Notes: generated from the sequence alone by a model not told the origin. A DNA stretch of 64,000 bases from an uncultured Acidobacteriota bacterium (GCA_963773815.1 CAVZCI010000020.1:74900-138899); one strand, 5' to 3'; shown: positions 32,021 to 42,068, counted from the first letter of the stretch. Made by a program: numbers and translations.

Positions 32021-32764
32021 CTACCCGGCCACGGCGCCGAAAGTCTCGGCGTTCTCTCCCGCGGGAGTCTCCGTGGACCGGCCCCGAAGCGCTCTTCGTG
32101 GGCATGCAGGCCCTCGAGGACGGCGTCGGCGACCATGCGCGAGAACAGGCGGATCGCGCGGATCGCGTCGTCGTTGCCCGGGATGACGTATCGATCACGT
32201 CCGGGTCGCAGTTCGTGTCGACGATGCCCACGATCGGGATCCCAGGCGATTCGCCTCGGCGACCGCGATCTTCTCCTTCTTCGTGTCGATGATGAACAGC
32301 AGCTTCGGCAGCGCGTTCATCTCCTTGATGCCGGAGAGGCTGCTCGAGCTTCGCGCGCTCGCGCGACAGGCGCGAGGCTTCCTTCTTCGAGAGGCGGTCG
32401 AACGCGCCCTCGGTCGCCAGCTTGTCGAGCTCCTTGAGCCGCTCGATGCTCATCTTCACGGTCTTGAAGTTCGTGAGCGTGCCGCCGAGCCAGCGCTCGA
32501 CGACGAAGAACTGGCCGCAGCGCACCGACTCTTCGGCGATCACGTCTTGCGCCTGGCGCTTGGTGCCGACGAACAGGATGTGTCCGCCGCCCTGGCGCCG
32601 CGAGCGATCGACGAATCGAGCGCCTCGTTCAGGCAGCTTGAGCGTCTTTGGAGGTCGATGATGTAGATGCCGTTGCGCTCGATGAAGATGAACTTCTTCA
32701 TCTTCGGATTCCAGCGGCTGGTCTGGTGGCCGAAATGGACGCCGGCCTCGAGCAGGTCCTTCAT
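32021..32764 (-). pseudogene. rpsB: 30S ribosomal protein S2, at least 6 frame switches as sequenced
   Basis: ATG 32764: [39 protein letters not shown]. Then TLKLLNEALD / [53 protein letters not shown]...RERAKLEQ / [51 protein letters not shown] / [29 protein letters not shown] appear in different frames. Stop TAG at 32023..32021. Confidence 0.88.
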
Positions 32765-32834
32765 CGAAATAGAAGCCAGATCACACCTCCTTCAAAACCG
32801 CGGAAAGACCGGAATGGCCTTTCCAGAAACAGAA

Positions 32835-33231
32835 TCAACGTTTCGAGAACTGGAACCGGGCTCGCGCGCCCTTCTGCCCGTACTTCTTGCGCTCCTTGAC
32901 CCGCGAGTCGCGGGTGAGGAAGACCTTCCTTCTTCAGGCGCGGCCGCAATTCCGCGTTGTAGACGATGAGCGCGCGGGAAATCCCGTGCCGGATCGCGCC
33001 GGCCTGGCCGGCGGGTCCGCCTCCCATGACGGTGACGCCGATGTCGAACTTGTCGGCCGTCTCGGTCAGGGCGAGGGGCTGCCGGATGATCATCTTGAGA
33101 ACTTTGTTCGGAAAGTACTCGTCGAACGGATGGTCGTTGACTTTGATCTCTCCCGATCCGGGCCTGAGGTAGACGCGGGCGACCGCTTCCTTGCGTCGGC
33201 CCGTTCCGTAGTATTGAAGCGTCGATGCCAA
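32835..33231 (-). pseudogene. rpsI: 30S ribosomal protein S9, one frameshift as sequenced
   Basis: ORF 32761..33231 is S9 up to ...[12 protein letters not shown]. The conserved tail [27 protein letters not shown] runs in another frame to TGA 32837..32835. Indel near 32914..32924. Confidence 0.9.
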
Positions 33232-33244
33232 GTGGACCTCCTCC

Positions 33245-33685
33245 TTATGCCCGCGCCGCGATGGTCTTCGGACGCTGCGCCTCGTGCGGGTGCGTGGATC
33301 CGGCGTAAACTTTCAGTTTCTTGAACTGCTTCCGGCCGAGGGAATTCTTCGGAAGCATTCCCTTGACGGCTTCCTCGATCATTTTTTCGGGGTGCTTCGC
33401 GCGCATCTCCGCGGCGGGCGTCGAGCGCAGGCCGCCCGGAAAGCCCGTGTGGCGGCGGTAGACCTTCGCCTGCTCCTTCGCGCCCGTCAGGACGGCCTTT
33501 TCGGCGTTGATGACGACGACGAAGTCCCCGTTGTCCAGAGACGGCGAGTACGCCGCCTTGTTCTTGCCCATCAGAATTTTCGCGGCGCGGGACGCGATCC
33601 GCCCGACCGCCGTCCCCTGCGCGTCGACCACGTACCAGTTGTGCCGAACCTGGTCCCTCTTGACCACCATCGTCTTCGAAGACAT
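33245..33685 (-). CDS. rplM: 50S ribosomal protein L13
   Basis: ORF 33245..33721 trimmed to ATG 33685 ([43 protein letters not shown]...). Confidence 0.93.
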   Translation of the reverse strand: MSSKTMVVKRDQVRHNWYVVDAQGTAVGRIASRAAKILMGKNKAAYSPSLDNGDFVVVINAEKAVLTGAKEQAKVYRRHTGFPGGLRSTPAAEMRAKHPEKMIEEAVKGMLPKNSLGRKQFKKLKVYAGSTHPHEAQRPKTIAARA

Positions 33686-33818
33686 CCACACTCCAATTGA
33701 CTTGCGTCGGAACCTTTTCAAGACGCCGCCGAGCGGCGCATTTCCATTTCAAGGCGCCGTGCGGTCGCGGCGCCATACCGGACCCGGACGCAGTACTCCC
33801 TTCGGCAAGGGGACAAAC

Positions 33819-33847
33819 AAGATAACGGGAACCCGACGCGGTGTCAA
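33819..33847 (-). promoter_or_regulatory. Sigma70-type promoter of the rplM-rpsI operon
   Basis: The minus strand reads TTGACA (33847..33842), 17 nt, then TATCTT (33824..33819). It lies ~130 nt upstream of the rplM ATG, in the divergent spacer shared with ubiE. Confidence 0.55.
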
Positions 33848-33889
33848 GCGCTTAGCCGGCTGCTGAATCCGGGTTAAGCTGCCCGCGTC

Positions 33890-34585
33890 ATGACGGAGCT
33901 CGACAAATCCGGCGCCGCGATCTCCGGGATGTTCTCCTCGATTGCGGGCCGCTACGACTTCCTGAACCATGTTCTTTCCGCGAATTCGGACCGCCGCTGG
34001 CGGCGAATCGCAGCCCGGTCCCTCAACGGGCGCCACCGCAGGGTGCTCGACCTGGCCACGGGAACGGGCGATCTCGCGATCGCGCTCGCGCAGGAGGGGC
34101 GCACGGTCGCGGGGGCGGATTTCTGCCTCGACATGCTCGCCGTCGCCCGGGAAAAGGCCGCGGGGCCGGGATCGCGCCGGCTCTCCCTTTCCGCGGCCGA
34201 CGCGCTCGCGCTGCCATTCGGCGAAGCGTCGTTCGACGCCGTCACGGTCGGTTTCGGCGTGAGGAATTTCGCCGACCTGTCGCGGGGCCTCTCGGAGATT
34301 CGGAGAGTCCTCCGGCCGGGCGGGAAGCTCCTGATTCTCGAATTTTCGCAGCCCCACGGCCTCTGGGGCGCGCTGTACCGATCCTACTCCCGCCGGGTCC
34401 TGCCGCGGGTCGGAAAGCTGCTCTCCGGCTCTCGGCAGGCATACGAGTACCTGAACCGATCGGCGAGGGAGTGGCCGGCGAAGGAAGAATTTTCCGCGGC
34501 GCTCGCGCGGTCGGGGTTCTCGAACGTCTCCGCGAAATCGCTCGCGCTCGGCATCGTGGCCCTTCACGAGGCCGTCCGGCCATGA
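33890..34585 (+). CDS. ubiE: Demethylmenaquinone/ubiquinone C-methyltransferase (UbiE/MenG family)
   Basis: ORF 33890..34585 with MFSSIAGRYDFLNHVLS...VLDLATGTGDLA...FDAVTVGFGVRNF...LRPGGKLLILEFS. Confidence 0.88.
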   Translation: MTELDKSGAAISGMFSSIAGRYDFLNHVLSANSDRRWRRIAARSLNGRHRRVLDLATGTGDLAIALAQEGRTVAGADFCLDMLAVAREKAAGPGSRRLSLSAADALALPFGEASFDAVTVGFGVRNFADLSRGLSEIRRVLRPGGKLLILEFSQPHGLWGALYRSYSRRVLPRVGKLLSGSRQAYEYLNRSAREWPAKEEFSAALARSGFSNVSAKSLALGIVALHEAVRP

Positions 34586-35460
34586 GCGCGCGAACCCTCG
34601 AGGGCACCGGTCTGGCGGAAATCCTGCGCGCCGAAGCCGCGGCGGAGGCGAAATCGTTCGCGGAAAAAAGCGGACGTCCCCCGGGTCTCCGCGTCCTCCT
34701 CGTCGGCGACGACCCGGGATCGGCGGTCTACGTTCGAAGCAAGGAGAAAGCCGCGCGGGCGGCGGGCCTCCTCGCCGAGACCGTCCGGCTCCCGTCCTCC
34801 GCGTCGGAGGGCGAGCTCCTCGATCACGTCGCCGACGCGAATCGCGCGGCCGGGATCGACGGCCTCCTCGTCCAGATGCCTCTCCCGGCGGCGATCCATC
34901 CCCGGAAGATCCTCGACGCGATCGATCCCGGAAAGGACGTCGACGGCTTTCATCCCCTCAACGTCGGACTGCTCCAGCAGGGACGTCCCCGGTTCGTCCC
35001 GTGCACCCCGGCGGGGATCCTCGAGCTGCTCCGCCGCGAGAACCTCCCGATCGAGGGCCGGCACGCGGTCATCGTGGGCCGGAGCGAAATCGTCGGCAAA
35101 CCGATGGCGGCGCTGCTTCTCGCCGCGAACGCGACCGTCACGATCGCCCACTCGAAGACGCGAGACCTGCCCGCCGTCTGCCGGACGGCGGACATCCTCG
35201 TCGTCGCGATGGGGAGAGCCCGATTCGTGACGGGCGATTTCATCCGTCCCGGAGCCGTCGTGATCGACGTCGGAATCAACCGCCAGGACACGGGACTCTG
35301 CGGCGACGTCGATTTCGACGCCGCGCGCGAAATCGCGTCCGCGATCACGCCCGTGCCGAAGGGGGTCGGCCCGCTCACCGTCGCGATGCTCCTGAAGAAC
35401 ACCGTGAAGGCAGCGAACCTCACCCCCCGGCCCCCTCTCGCGTCTACCGGGCGGTCCTAG
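34582..35460 (+). CDS. folD: Bifunctional methylenetetrahydrofolate dehydrogenase/cyclohydrolase
   Basis: ORF 34471..35460 from ATG 34582 (ATGA overlap with ubiE), with ...GLRVLLVGDDPGSAVYVRSK...LLVQMPLP...VDGFHPLNVG...VIVGRSEIVGKPMA...PVPKGVGPLTVAMLL. The last ~14 codons (NLTPRPPLASTGRS) come from the palindromic element. Confidence 0.93.
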   Translation: MSARTLEGTGLAEILRAEAAAEAKSFAEKSGRPPGLRVLLVGDDPGSAVYVRSKEKAARAAGLLAETVRLPSSASEGELLDHVADANRAAGIDGLLVQMPLPAAIHPRKILDAIDPGKDVDGFHPLNVGLLQQGRPRFVPCTPAGILELLRRENLPIEGRHAVIVGRSEIVGKPMAALLLAANATVTIAHSKTRDLPAVCRTADILVVAMGRARFVTGDFIRPGAVVIDVGINRQDTGLCGDVDFDAAREIASAITPVPKGVGPLTVAMLLKNTVKAANLTPRPPLASTGRS

Positions 35461-35486
35461 GGCTGCCAGGTGGAGAGGGGGTGAAC
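35416..35486 (+). repeat. GC-rich palindromic element, copy B (spans the folD stop)
   Basis: AACCTCACCCCCCGGCCCCCTCTC - 33-nt loop containing the folD TAG - CAGGTGGAGAGGGGGTGAAC. The arms are near-identical to copy A (28931..28972, opposite strand). Confidence 0.7.
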
Positions 35487-35488
35487 GC

Positions 35489-36091
35489 ATGCTCCGAATC
35501 GGATTGACCGGCGGCGTCGCGTCGGGGAAAACCACGGCAGGCCGATTCTTCGCGGAGCTCGGCGCGGCGGTTTTCGACGCGGACCGGATCGTCGCGGAAT
35601 CGTACGAACCGGGAAAGCCGGGCGCGCGGGCCGTCTCGGAGCTCTTCGGCAGGGAATTCCTCCGGACCGGGGGGGCCGTGGACAAGGCGAAAGTCGCGGC
35701 CCGCGTCTTTTCGGACGCCGGGGCGCGCCGGCGGCTGGAAGCGGCCATTCATCCGCTCGTCGTTTCGGAGATTCGGAAGCGATTCGCCTCCGCCGAAAAA
35801 GAGGGCCGCGCCGTCGCGGTCGTCGAGGCGTCGCAGATCTTCGAAGCGGGATATGAAAACGAGTTCGACCGCGTCGTCCTCGTCGTTTCTCCCGAAATCG
35901 TCCGGATGAAGCGATGGCGCGAAAAAGGGCTCGACCCCGAGGAGCTCTCCCGCCGCATAGCCGCCCAGGTCGTCGAGAACGAGGCGCGAAAGAAGGCCGA
36001 CGACGTGATCGTGAACGCGGGTTCGGTCGAGGACCTGGGAGCGAAAGTCTCAGCCCTCTTCGGCGGATGGAGCCGGGAGCCGGAGGTCTAG
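35489..36091 (+). CDS. coaE: Dephospho-CoA kinase
   Basis: ORF 35489..36091 with MLRIGLTGGVASGKTT (P-loop) ...FDADRIV... Confidence 0.88.
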   Translation: MLRIGLTGGVASGKTTAGRFFAELGAAVFDADRIVAESYEPGKPGARAVSELFGREFLRTGGAVDKAKVAARVFSDAGARRRLEAAIHPLVVSEIRKRFASAEKEGRAVAVVEASQIFEAGYENEFDRVVLVVSPEIVRMKRWREKGLDPEELSRRIAAQVVENEARKKADDVIVNAGSVEDLGAKVSALFGGWSREPEV

Positions 36092-36622
36092 ATTTTCGAC
36101 CGGAGCTCCTCCCACGCCTGCCGGCGATGGGAAATCGCGTTTTTTTCTTCGGCCGTCATTTGCGCGAAGGTCCGGTCGGACCCGCGGGGAATGAAGATCG
36201 AGTCCCAGCCGAACCCCCGGTCTCCCCGGGGCTCCCGCGCGATCGACCCTTCGAGGCGGCCGACGGCCGTCAGCTGGACGGTTTCCGACCGGTAAGCGAG
36301 GACGCAGAGCGCCGTCGCGCCGCGGTCGGTGAAAGCCGTCGAGGGACCGGCAGAGAGCCTCGAGGCCCGCGGCCTTTTCGAACCACTTGATGAAGGGCCC
36401 GGGCAGGCCGCCCCACGCGGCGAAACCCAGCGCCGAGTCTTCGACGACGCACGCCCGTTCGACTCGCCGGAAGGCCTCCCGCGACTTTTCGCGCGCGACT
36501 TCCTCGACGGTCGCGGCCTGGATCTCCGGCAGATCGATCTCGACCTGCTCGAGCGGCCGCCCGAAGATCTCTCGCGCCTCGCGGGCCTTCGAAGCCGAGC
36601 CGGTCACCAGGACGAGGTCCAT
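36088..36622 (-). pseudogene. rdgB: Non-canonical purine NTP pyrophosphatase (RdgB/HAM1 family), one frameshift as sequenced
   Basis: ORF 36050..36640 from ATG 36622: MDLVLVTGSASKAREAREIFG...VEDSALGFAAWGGLPGPFIKWF... The tail TDRGATALCVLAYRS...GFGWDSIFIPRGSDRTFAQMTAEEKNAISHRRQAWEELRSKI is in another frame, ending at TAG 36090..36088. Indel near 36328..36333. Confidence 0.85.
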
Positions 36623-36699
36623 GCGCCGATTATGCGCCAATCCCTCTCGCGTTCGCCGCGAGTCAACCTTTCCGGCCCTCCGCTCGTCGGAGTCCTATA

Positions 36700-38447
36700 A
36701 TGATTTCGGCCTGTGAGAGTGTCTTGACTGAATCCGGGCGCATGTGCGACCAGTGCGGGGCCCCGAACGCGGCGCCCTCCCGCTATTGCTCCGCCTGCGG
36801 CTCCGAAATTCTGATGTTCCAGCCCGGCGAAATCATCGACGGCAAGTACGAGATTCTCGGCAAGGTCGCCGAAGGGGGAATGGGCGAGGTCTATCGCGCC
36901 CGGCATCTCCACCTCGACGAGGTCCGGATCATCAAGGTGATGAAGACGCTCGGCGGCGACGACGCGAGCTCCCAGCGCCGGTTCTCCGAGGAAGCGCGGC
37001 TCGCGACCCAGGTCCGGCATCCGAACGTCGCCGCCCTCTACGATTTCTCCAAGCTTCCGTCGGGCGCCTCCTACATGGTCTGGGAGTTCATCGACGGCGA
37101 AACCCTGCTCCATCGTCTCCGCCGGGCGGGCCGCCTCTCGCCGGAAGAAGCGATCGACATCGGAATCCAGGTTCTCTCCGGTCTCGGCGAAATTCACCGG
37201 ACCGGCGTCGTTCACCGCGACGTGTCTCCCGACAACATCATGATCGTCGCCCGGGGAGGCCGGCGCGTCGCGAAAATCATCGACCTCGGCATCGCGAAGA
37301 GAATCGCGCAGGACCGCGCCGGGATGACCGCGACCGGGATGTTCCTCGGGAAGCTCAAGTATTGCTCGCCCGAGCAGGCGGGGGCGCTGGCCGCCGGCGA
37401 GACGCTCGACGGGAGAAGCGATCTCTGTTCTTTCGGCGCCGTTCTCTACGAAATGCTTTCGGGCAGGCCGCTCTTCGAGTCTCCAGACGCCGGAGGGCTA
37501 CATCGTCAAGCACCTGCAGAAGACACCGCCGGCCCTTCTCCTCGACGATCTGCCCAGCGAGACCGGATTCCGGCTGTCGGAAATCGTCGGCCGGGCGTTG
37601 CGAAAAGACCGGGACCGGCGTTTTCAGTCGGCGGCGGAGTTTTCGGCCGCGCTCGCCGCCCTCCTTCCCGTCACCGCGACGATGCCGACGGTTCCGCTCC
37701 GCCGCCTCCGACCACGATCCGACGCTGCCGCTCCAGACTCCGCCCGCCGGGACGACGGTCGTCCGGCCGCGGCGCGGTGCCGCGCGCTCCCTCGCGCTCC
37801 GCGCGGCGGCCGCGTGTTTTCTCCTGGGGGCGATCGCGGTCGGATACGCCTGGAGATCCGCGCGCCGGGAGGTGTCGCGGCAAGCGTCTCCGCCGTCGAG
37901 ACCCGCCGCGCGCGTCCCTCCCGCCGTTCCGGCGCCGCCGCCCGCGACGCCGGAACGGCCTGCAGCGCCTTCCGTCGTAGCCATATCGCAACCCCGGATC
38001 CTCGAGGAGCCGAAGATTCCCGTTCCGGCCCGGAAGCCCCGGCCCGCTCCCCCGGCGCGGGCCGAAACCGCGCCGGCTCCTGCTCCCCCCGCGCCTCCCG
38101 ACGAATCCGGGGCGATCGCGAAATTCGAACAGCTGCGCGAAGCCGCGGAGACGGGCTCGCCGCGCGACATCGACGCGTTCGTCGACTACGTCGCGACCTA
38201 TTCTTCTCTCAATCCCTCCACGGCTTTCACGGGCTCGCTCAAGGCGCTCCCCTCGCGCCTCAGGGCCCGCGGCGACGCGGCGTACGCCGCGGGACGCGCG
38301 TGGCGCGCGTTTCGGATCTATCAGGTCTGCGCCCGCCTCCCGTTCGCGCCGAAGGACCCCGAATTCGCCGAGCGGCTCGCCGAGCTCCGATCGCGGCTGC
38401 AGTTCCGCCGGAAGATGCTCCGCCGCGAAGCCTCCGCGCCGCGATAG
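36700..38447 (+). pseudogene. Ser/Thr protein kinase with an N-terminal zinc ribbon, one TM helix and a Pro-rich C-terminal region; two frameshifts as sequenced
   Basis: ORF 36700..37980 carries CDQCGAPNAAPSRYCSACG plus the kinase motifs GGMGEVYRA...HRDVSPDNIM...IIDLGIA...YCSPEQ. After LFESP (~37485) the sequence continues in the ORF 37598.. frame (LQKTPPALLLDD...RKDRDRRFQSAAEF). After ~37700 it continues in the ORF 36744..38447 frame (TM LALRAAAACFLLGAIAVGYAW, Pro-rich region, then stop at 38447). Confidence 0.8.
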
Positions 38448-38457
38448 CATCGGCCGG

Positions 38458-39558
38458 ATGATCTCCGGTCGGGCGACGCCCGCGCAGACGCTGGAATTCG
38501 CGACCGCCTCGAATTGCGCGGCCGGCCATTTCCGCCCGGCGTTCGGGGGGATCCGATGCTCTTCGATCGGGCTCGGCACTTACCTCGGCGAGGAAGACGA
38601 CGCGACCGACCGCGGATTCGAAGAGTCGATCGCCGTCGCCCTCGCGAGCGGCGTCAACGTTTTCGATTCGGCGCTCAACTACCGCGGGCAGCGCAGCGAG
38701 CGATCTGTCGGCCGAGCGCTCGCCCGCGCCGTCGCCGGCGGCCTTTCGCGGGAGGCGCTTTTCGTCTCGACGAAAGGGGGCTTTCTTCCGCACGACAGCG
38801 GCGACCCGCGCTCGCCCGAGGAGTACGTCCGGGAGGAATACTTCGAGACGAAAATCCTCGCGCCGGAGGACCTCGCCGCCGGCTGCCACGCCCTCTCCCC
38901 GCGGTTTCTCGCGAAGGCCCTCGAGCAGAGCCGGCGAAACCTGGACCTTTCCACGATCGATCTCTACTACCTCCACAATCCCGAGACCCAGCTCCAGTCG
39001 GTTTCGCGGGACGAGCTCCGGGGGCGCCTTCGGCTCGCGTTCGAATTCCTCGAAGGGGAGGTCGCGAAGGGGACGATCGCCCGGTGGGGACTCGCGACGT
39101 GGGATTGCCTCCGGGTGCCGCCGCGCCATCCCGCGCACCTTTCCCTCGAAGAATGCGTTGCCCTCGCCCGCGAGGTCGCGGGGGACGGCCACCACCTGGC
39201 GGCCGTGCAGGCCCCGGTGAACCTCGCGATGCCGCAGGCGATCGCGTTCCCGTCGCAACCGGTCGGCGGAAAGATGATTCCCCTGCTCGACGCCGCGATC
39301 GCGCTGGAGCTCGCCTGCTTCTCGTCCGCGTCCATCCTCCAGGGGCGGCTCGCGGAAGCGGACCTCCCGCCGGAAATCGACGATCTCTTCTCGAACGTTC
39401 CCGCCGGGGCCCGGCGCGCCCTCCAGCTCCCGCGGTCCTCGGCCGGCGTTACGTCCGCGCTCGTCGGCGTTTCGAATCCGGAGCACGCGCGCGAGACGTT
39501 CGAGCTGTCGAAAATCCCCCCCGCCCCGGCGGAAGCGATTCGCGCGCTGTTCGCCTGA
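38458..39558 (+). CDS. Aldo/keto reductase family oxidoreductase
   Basis: ORF 38458..39558 with ...LGLGTYLG...FDSALNYRGQRSERSVGRAL...DLYYLHNPE... typical of the AKR fold. Confidence 0.8.
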   Translation: MISGRATPAQTLEFATASNCAAGHFRPAFGGIRCSSIGLGTYLGEEDDATDRGFEESIAVALASGVNVFDSALNYRGQRSERSVGRALARAVAGGLSREALFVSTKGGFLPHDSGDPRSPEEYVREEYFETKILAPEDLAAGCHALSPRFLAKALEQSRRNLDLSTIDLYYLHNPETQLQSVSRDELRGRLRLAFEFLEGEVAKGTIARWGLATWDCLRVPPRHPAHLSLEECVALAREVAGDGHHLAAVQAPVNLAMPQAIAFPSQPVGGKMIPLLDAAIALELACFSSASILQGRLAEADLPPEIDDLFSNVPAGARRALQLPRSSAGVTSALVGVSNPEHARETFELSKIPPAPAEAIRALFA

Positions 39559-40622
39559 TGCCGACCGGTTTTCAGATCCTCTTCCCTGCGGGACCCGACG
39601 ACTATCTCGCCGCGCTGTCGCGTGGCCGATGGAAGCGCGAATTCGAGGAGCCCTGCCGACGCCTCGAAGGGGTGCTCGAGATCTCCGACGTGCGCTCCCT
39701 GCCGGTCCCCGGTTCCGGCCTCTCGCTCGCGGCCGCGGCGCTGTCCCACCCCGATGCCGACGTCTTCGCGCTGGACTCCGCGGCGATCGAGCCGGCGCTG
39801 CGATGGACGCCGCCCCCCGCGTCGACGCTTCGCGAGCTGGAGGCGGGCGCCGGGGCGCCGGGCCGGGAGTGCTTCGTCCTGGCGGCCGAGCCCCGAAACG
39901 CTCCGGTTCGATTCCGCCGCGCCGACGGCGATCCGCGGCGTCTCGTCGCCGCCTCCGGGTTTCGCGTGCTTCGCGTTCCCGAGACTTTCGGCGTCCGCGA
40001 GGAGATCCTCGCGCGGATTCCCGGGACTGCCCGGCGGCTCCTCGACGTCGGGTGCGGCGCCGGGGAGACCGCGGGCGAAGCCCGGCGGCGCATCCCCGGC
40101 CTTCGGGCCGCCGGCATCGACCGCCATCCCGGGCTCGCCGAGGCGGCCGCGCGGAACCTCGACGAGCTCCACTCCGCGGACGCCGCGGAGGGCTTCGCCG
40201 AGCTCGACCGCGGAAGAACGCCCGTTTCGACACGATCGTCTTCGCCGACTTTCTCGAGCACACGGAGGATCCGTACGTGGTCTTGAAGTCGGCGCTTCGG
40301 CTCGCGGAGCCGGGAGCAACCGTGATCGTCAGCGTCCCGAACGCGGCCGCCCTTCCCGTCGTCGAAGATCTCCTGCTCGGGCGCTTCGACCCCGTCGCGG
40401 CCGGCCCCGCGGACGCGGGCCATCTCCGCTGGTTCACCCGCCGGCTGCTCGAAGAGCTCCTCGAGAGCGCCGGCCTTCAGGACATTCGCGTCGAGCCCGT
40501 CCCGGTGCCGTCCGATGGAACGGAATTCCTGGCCCGTCTTCGGGCCTCCGGCGTTCGCGCACCTCCCCGAGGAGCTGTGCGCGATTCAGTGGCTCGCGAC
40601 GGCGATCGTGCCGGAAGAGTAG
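39558..40622 (+). pseudogene. Class I SAM-dependent methyltransferase with an uncharacterised ~170-aa N-terminal region; two frameshifts as sequenced
   Basis: ATG 39558 (ATGA overlap with the AKR stop). Contains LLDVGCGAGE (motif I). After ...FAELDRG (~40210) the sequence continues as RFDTIVFADFLEHTEDPYVVLKSALRLAEPGATVIVSVPN in the ORF 39629..40810 frame. A last switch near 40550 leads to ...LPEELCAIQWLATAIVPEE and stop at 40620..40622. Confidence 0.75.
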
Positions 40623-40634
40623 AGGACCCTCCGG

Positions 40635-42062
40635 TCAGCCCCGGCTCTTCCTCCGGACGCCCGAGTATCGCTGCTGCAGAAACGCGACGGTCGCCGCGAT
40701 GCCGAAACCGGACGCTCCCGCGGGATAGCCGGCGCGCGCCTTCTCGAAGTGAGCGGTCCCGGCGATGTCGCAGTGAGCCCACGGCACGCCTTCGGGAACG
40801 AATTCCTTGAGGAACGCGGCCGCCGAGACGGTTCCGCCCCATCTTCCGCCCGAGTTCTTCATGTCCGCGTAATCCGAGCGGAGCAGGTCGCGGTATTCGT
40901 CCCAGAGCGGCAGCCTCCAGAAACGGTCGCCGGTCTTCTCGCCCGCCGCGATCAGGTCGTTCGCGAGGGAGTCGTCGTTGCTCATCAAGCCGGCGCACTC
41001 GTTCCCGAGCGCGACGACGACGGCGCCCGTCAGCGTCGCGTAGTCGATCAAGACGTCGGGCTCGAGCTTCTCGGAATAGGAGAGCGCGTCGGCGAGGATC
41101 AGGCGTCCCTCCGCGTCGGTGTTGTCGACTTCCACCGTCTTGCCGTTGCGCATCCGGAGGATGTCCCCCGGGCGGTACGACGTTCCGGAGGGAACGTTCT
41201 CCGCGAGGGGCGTCAGGGCCGTGATGGTCACCGGAAGCCTCAGCCGGTGCGCGGCTCGGACGATCGCGAGCGCCGTCGCCGCGCCCATCATGTCGAACTT
41301 CATCTCGCCCATCGACGCGGCGGGCTTGATCGAGATGCCGCCGGCATCGAACGTGATCCCCTTGCCGACGAGCACGATTCGCGCCCGGGAGCTTTTCGGG
41401 CGGTGTGCGAGGACGAGAAAACCGGGCGGGCGCGAGCTGCCGGAAGACACTCCCAGCACGCCGCCCATCTTCTCGCGGACAATCTCCGCCCTGGACAGGG
41501 AACGAAACGCCAGCCCCTCGCGCCGGGCGATCGACCCCACGATCGCCGCAAACTGGCGCGATCCGAGATCGTTGGCGGGAGTATTCCCCAGGTCGCGCGC
41601 CCACGCCGCGACTTCCGCGACGACCGAGGCGGTGCGGACCTCCTCCCTGGAAAGGCGCGCGCCCGGAAAGTCGATCGCCAGAGTCAGGCGGGGCGGACGA
41701 TCCTTGCGGCGATACCGGTCGAACGCGTAGTCGGACAGCGCGAGGTGCGGAAGGAGCGCGCGCGCGACGCCGGCCGCGTCCTTCGAGAACACGAACCGGG
41801 CCCGGGTGACGCCCCGCTTTTTCATCGCCTCCGCCGCGGTCCGCGTGGAAGCCCTCAGCGCGGCGAGCAGGCCGGCCTTCGGCTTGTAGAAATGAACGCA
41901 GAAAGCGCCGCGCGGTTCGACCCAGTAGGCCTCGCCTTCCGATCGCGGGATCCTCTTTCGGAGAGATTCCGGCACCGGCAGAGCCCCGGCGGCAACGCCC
42001 GCCGGGAAGAAGAAATGCGTCTCGGGCAGTTTCTCGCTGTTGTCGATCTTCAGAGTCGCCAT
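40635..42062 (-). CDS. pepA: Leucyl aminopeptidase (M17 family)
   Basis: ORF 40635..42062, 475 aa, with ...VGKGITFDAGGISIKP...NTDAEGRLILADAL... Confidence 0.92.
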   Translation of the reverse strand: MATLKIDNSEKLPETHFFFPAGVAAGALPVPESLRKRIPRSEGEAYWVEPRGAFCVHFYKPKAGLLAALRASTRTAAEAMKKRGVTRARFVFSKDAAGVARALLPHLALSDYAFDRYRRKDRPPRLTLAIDFPGARLSREEVRTASVVAEVAAWARDLGNTPANDLGSRQFAAIVGSIARREGLAFRSLSRAEIVREKMGGVLGVSSGSSRPPGFLVLAHRPKSSRARIVLVGKGITFDAGGISIKPAASMGEMKFDMMGAATALAIVRAAHRLRLPVTITALTPLAENVPSGTSYRPGDILRMRNGKTVEVDNTDAEGRLILADALSYSEKLEPDVLIDYATLTGAVVVALGNECAGLMSNDDSLANDLIAAGEKTGDRFWRLPLWDEYRDLLRSDYADMKNSGGRWGGTVSAAAFLKEFVPEGVPWAHCDIAGTAHFEKARAGYPAGASGFGIAATVAFLQQRYSGVRRKSRG

Positions 42063-42068
42063 CTCACC

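Noticed and set aside
30396-32543. A 715-aa ORF and its companions (30961..32136, 31523..32014, 30638..31087) across the rpsB-tsf-pyrH region.
   Set aside because: They are patchworks of short correct-frame stretches of S2, EF-Ts and UMP kinase joined by off-frame junk. They are better described as four frameshift-disrupted genes.
38260-40437. Long minus-strand ORFs antisense to real genes (38260..40437, 47041..48387, 55417..58218, 58026..60353, 37355..38579, 61287..62102).
   Set aside because: They lie antisense to well-supported plus-strand genes (AKR/methyltransferase, lipA, OMP/VWFA, nnr, TPR protein) and have extreme Arg/Gly/Pro bias. These are high-GC shadow ORFs.
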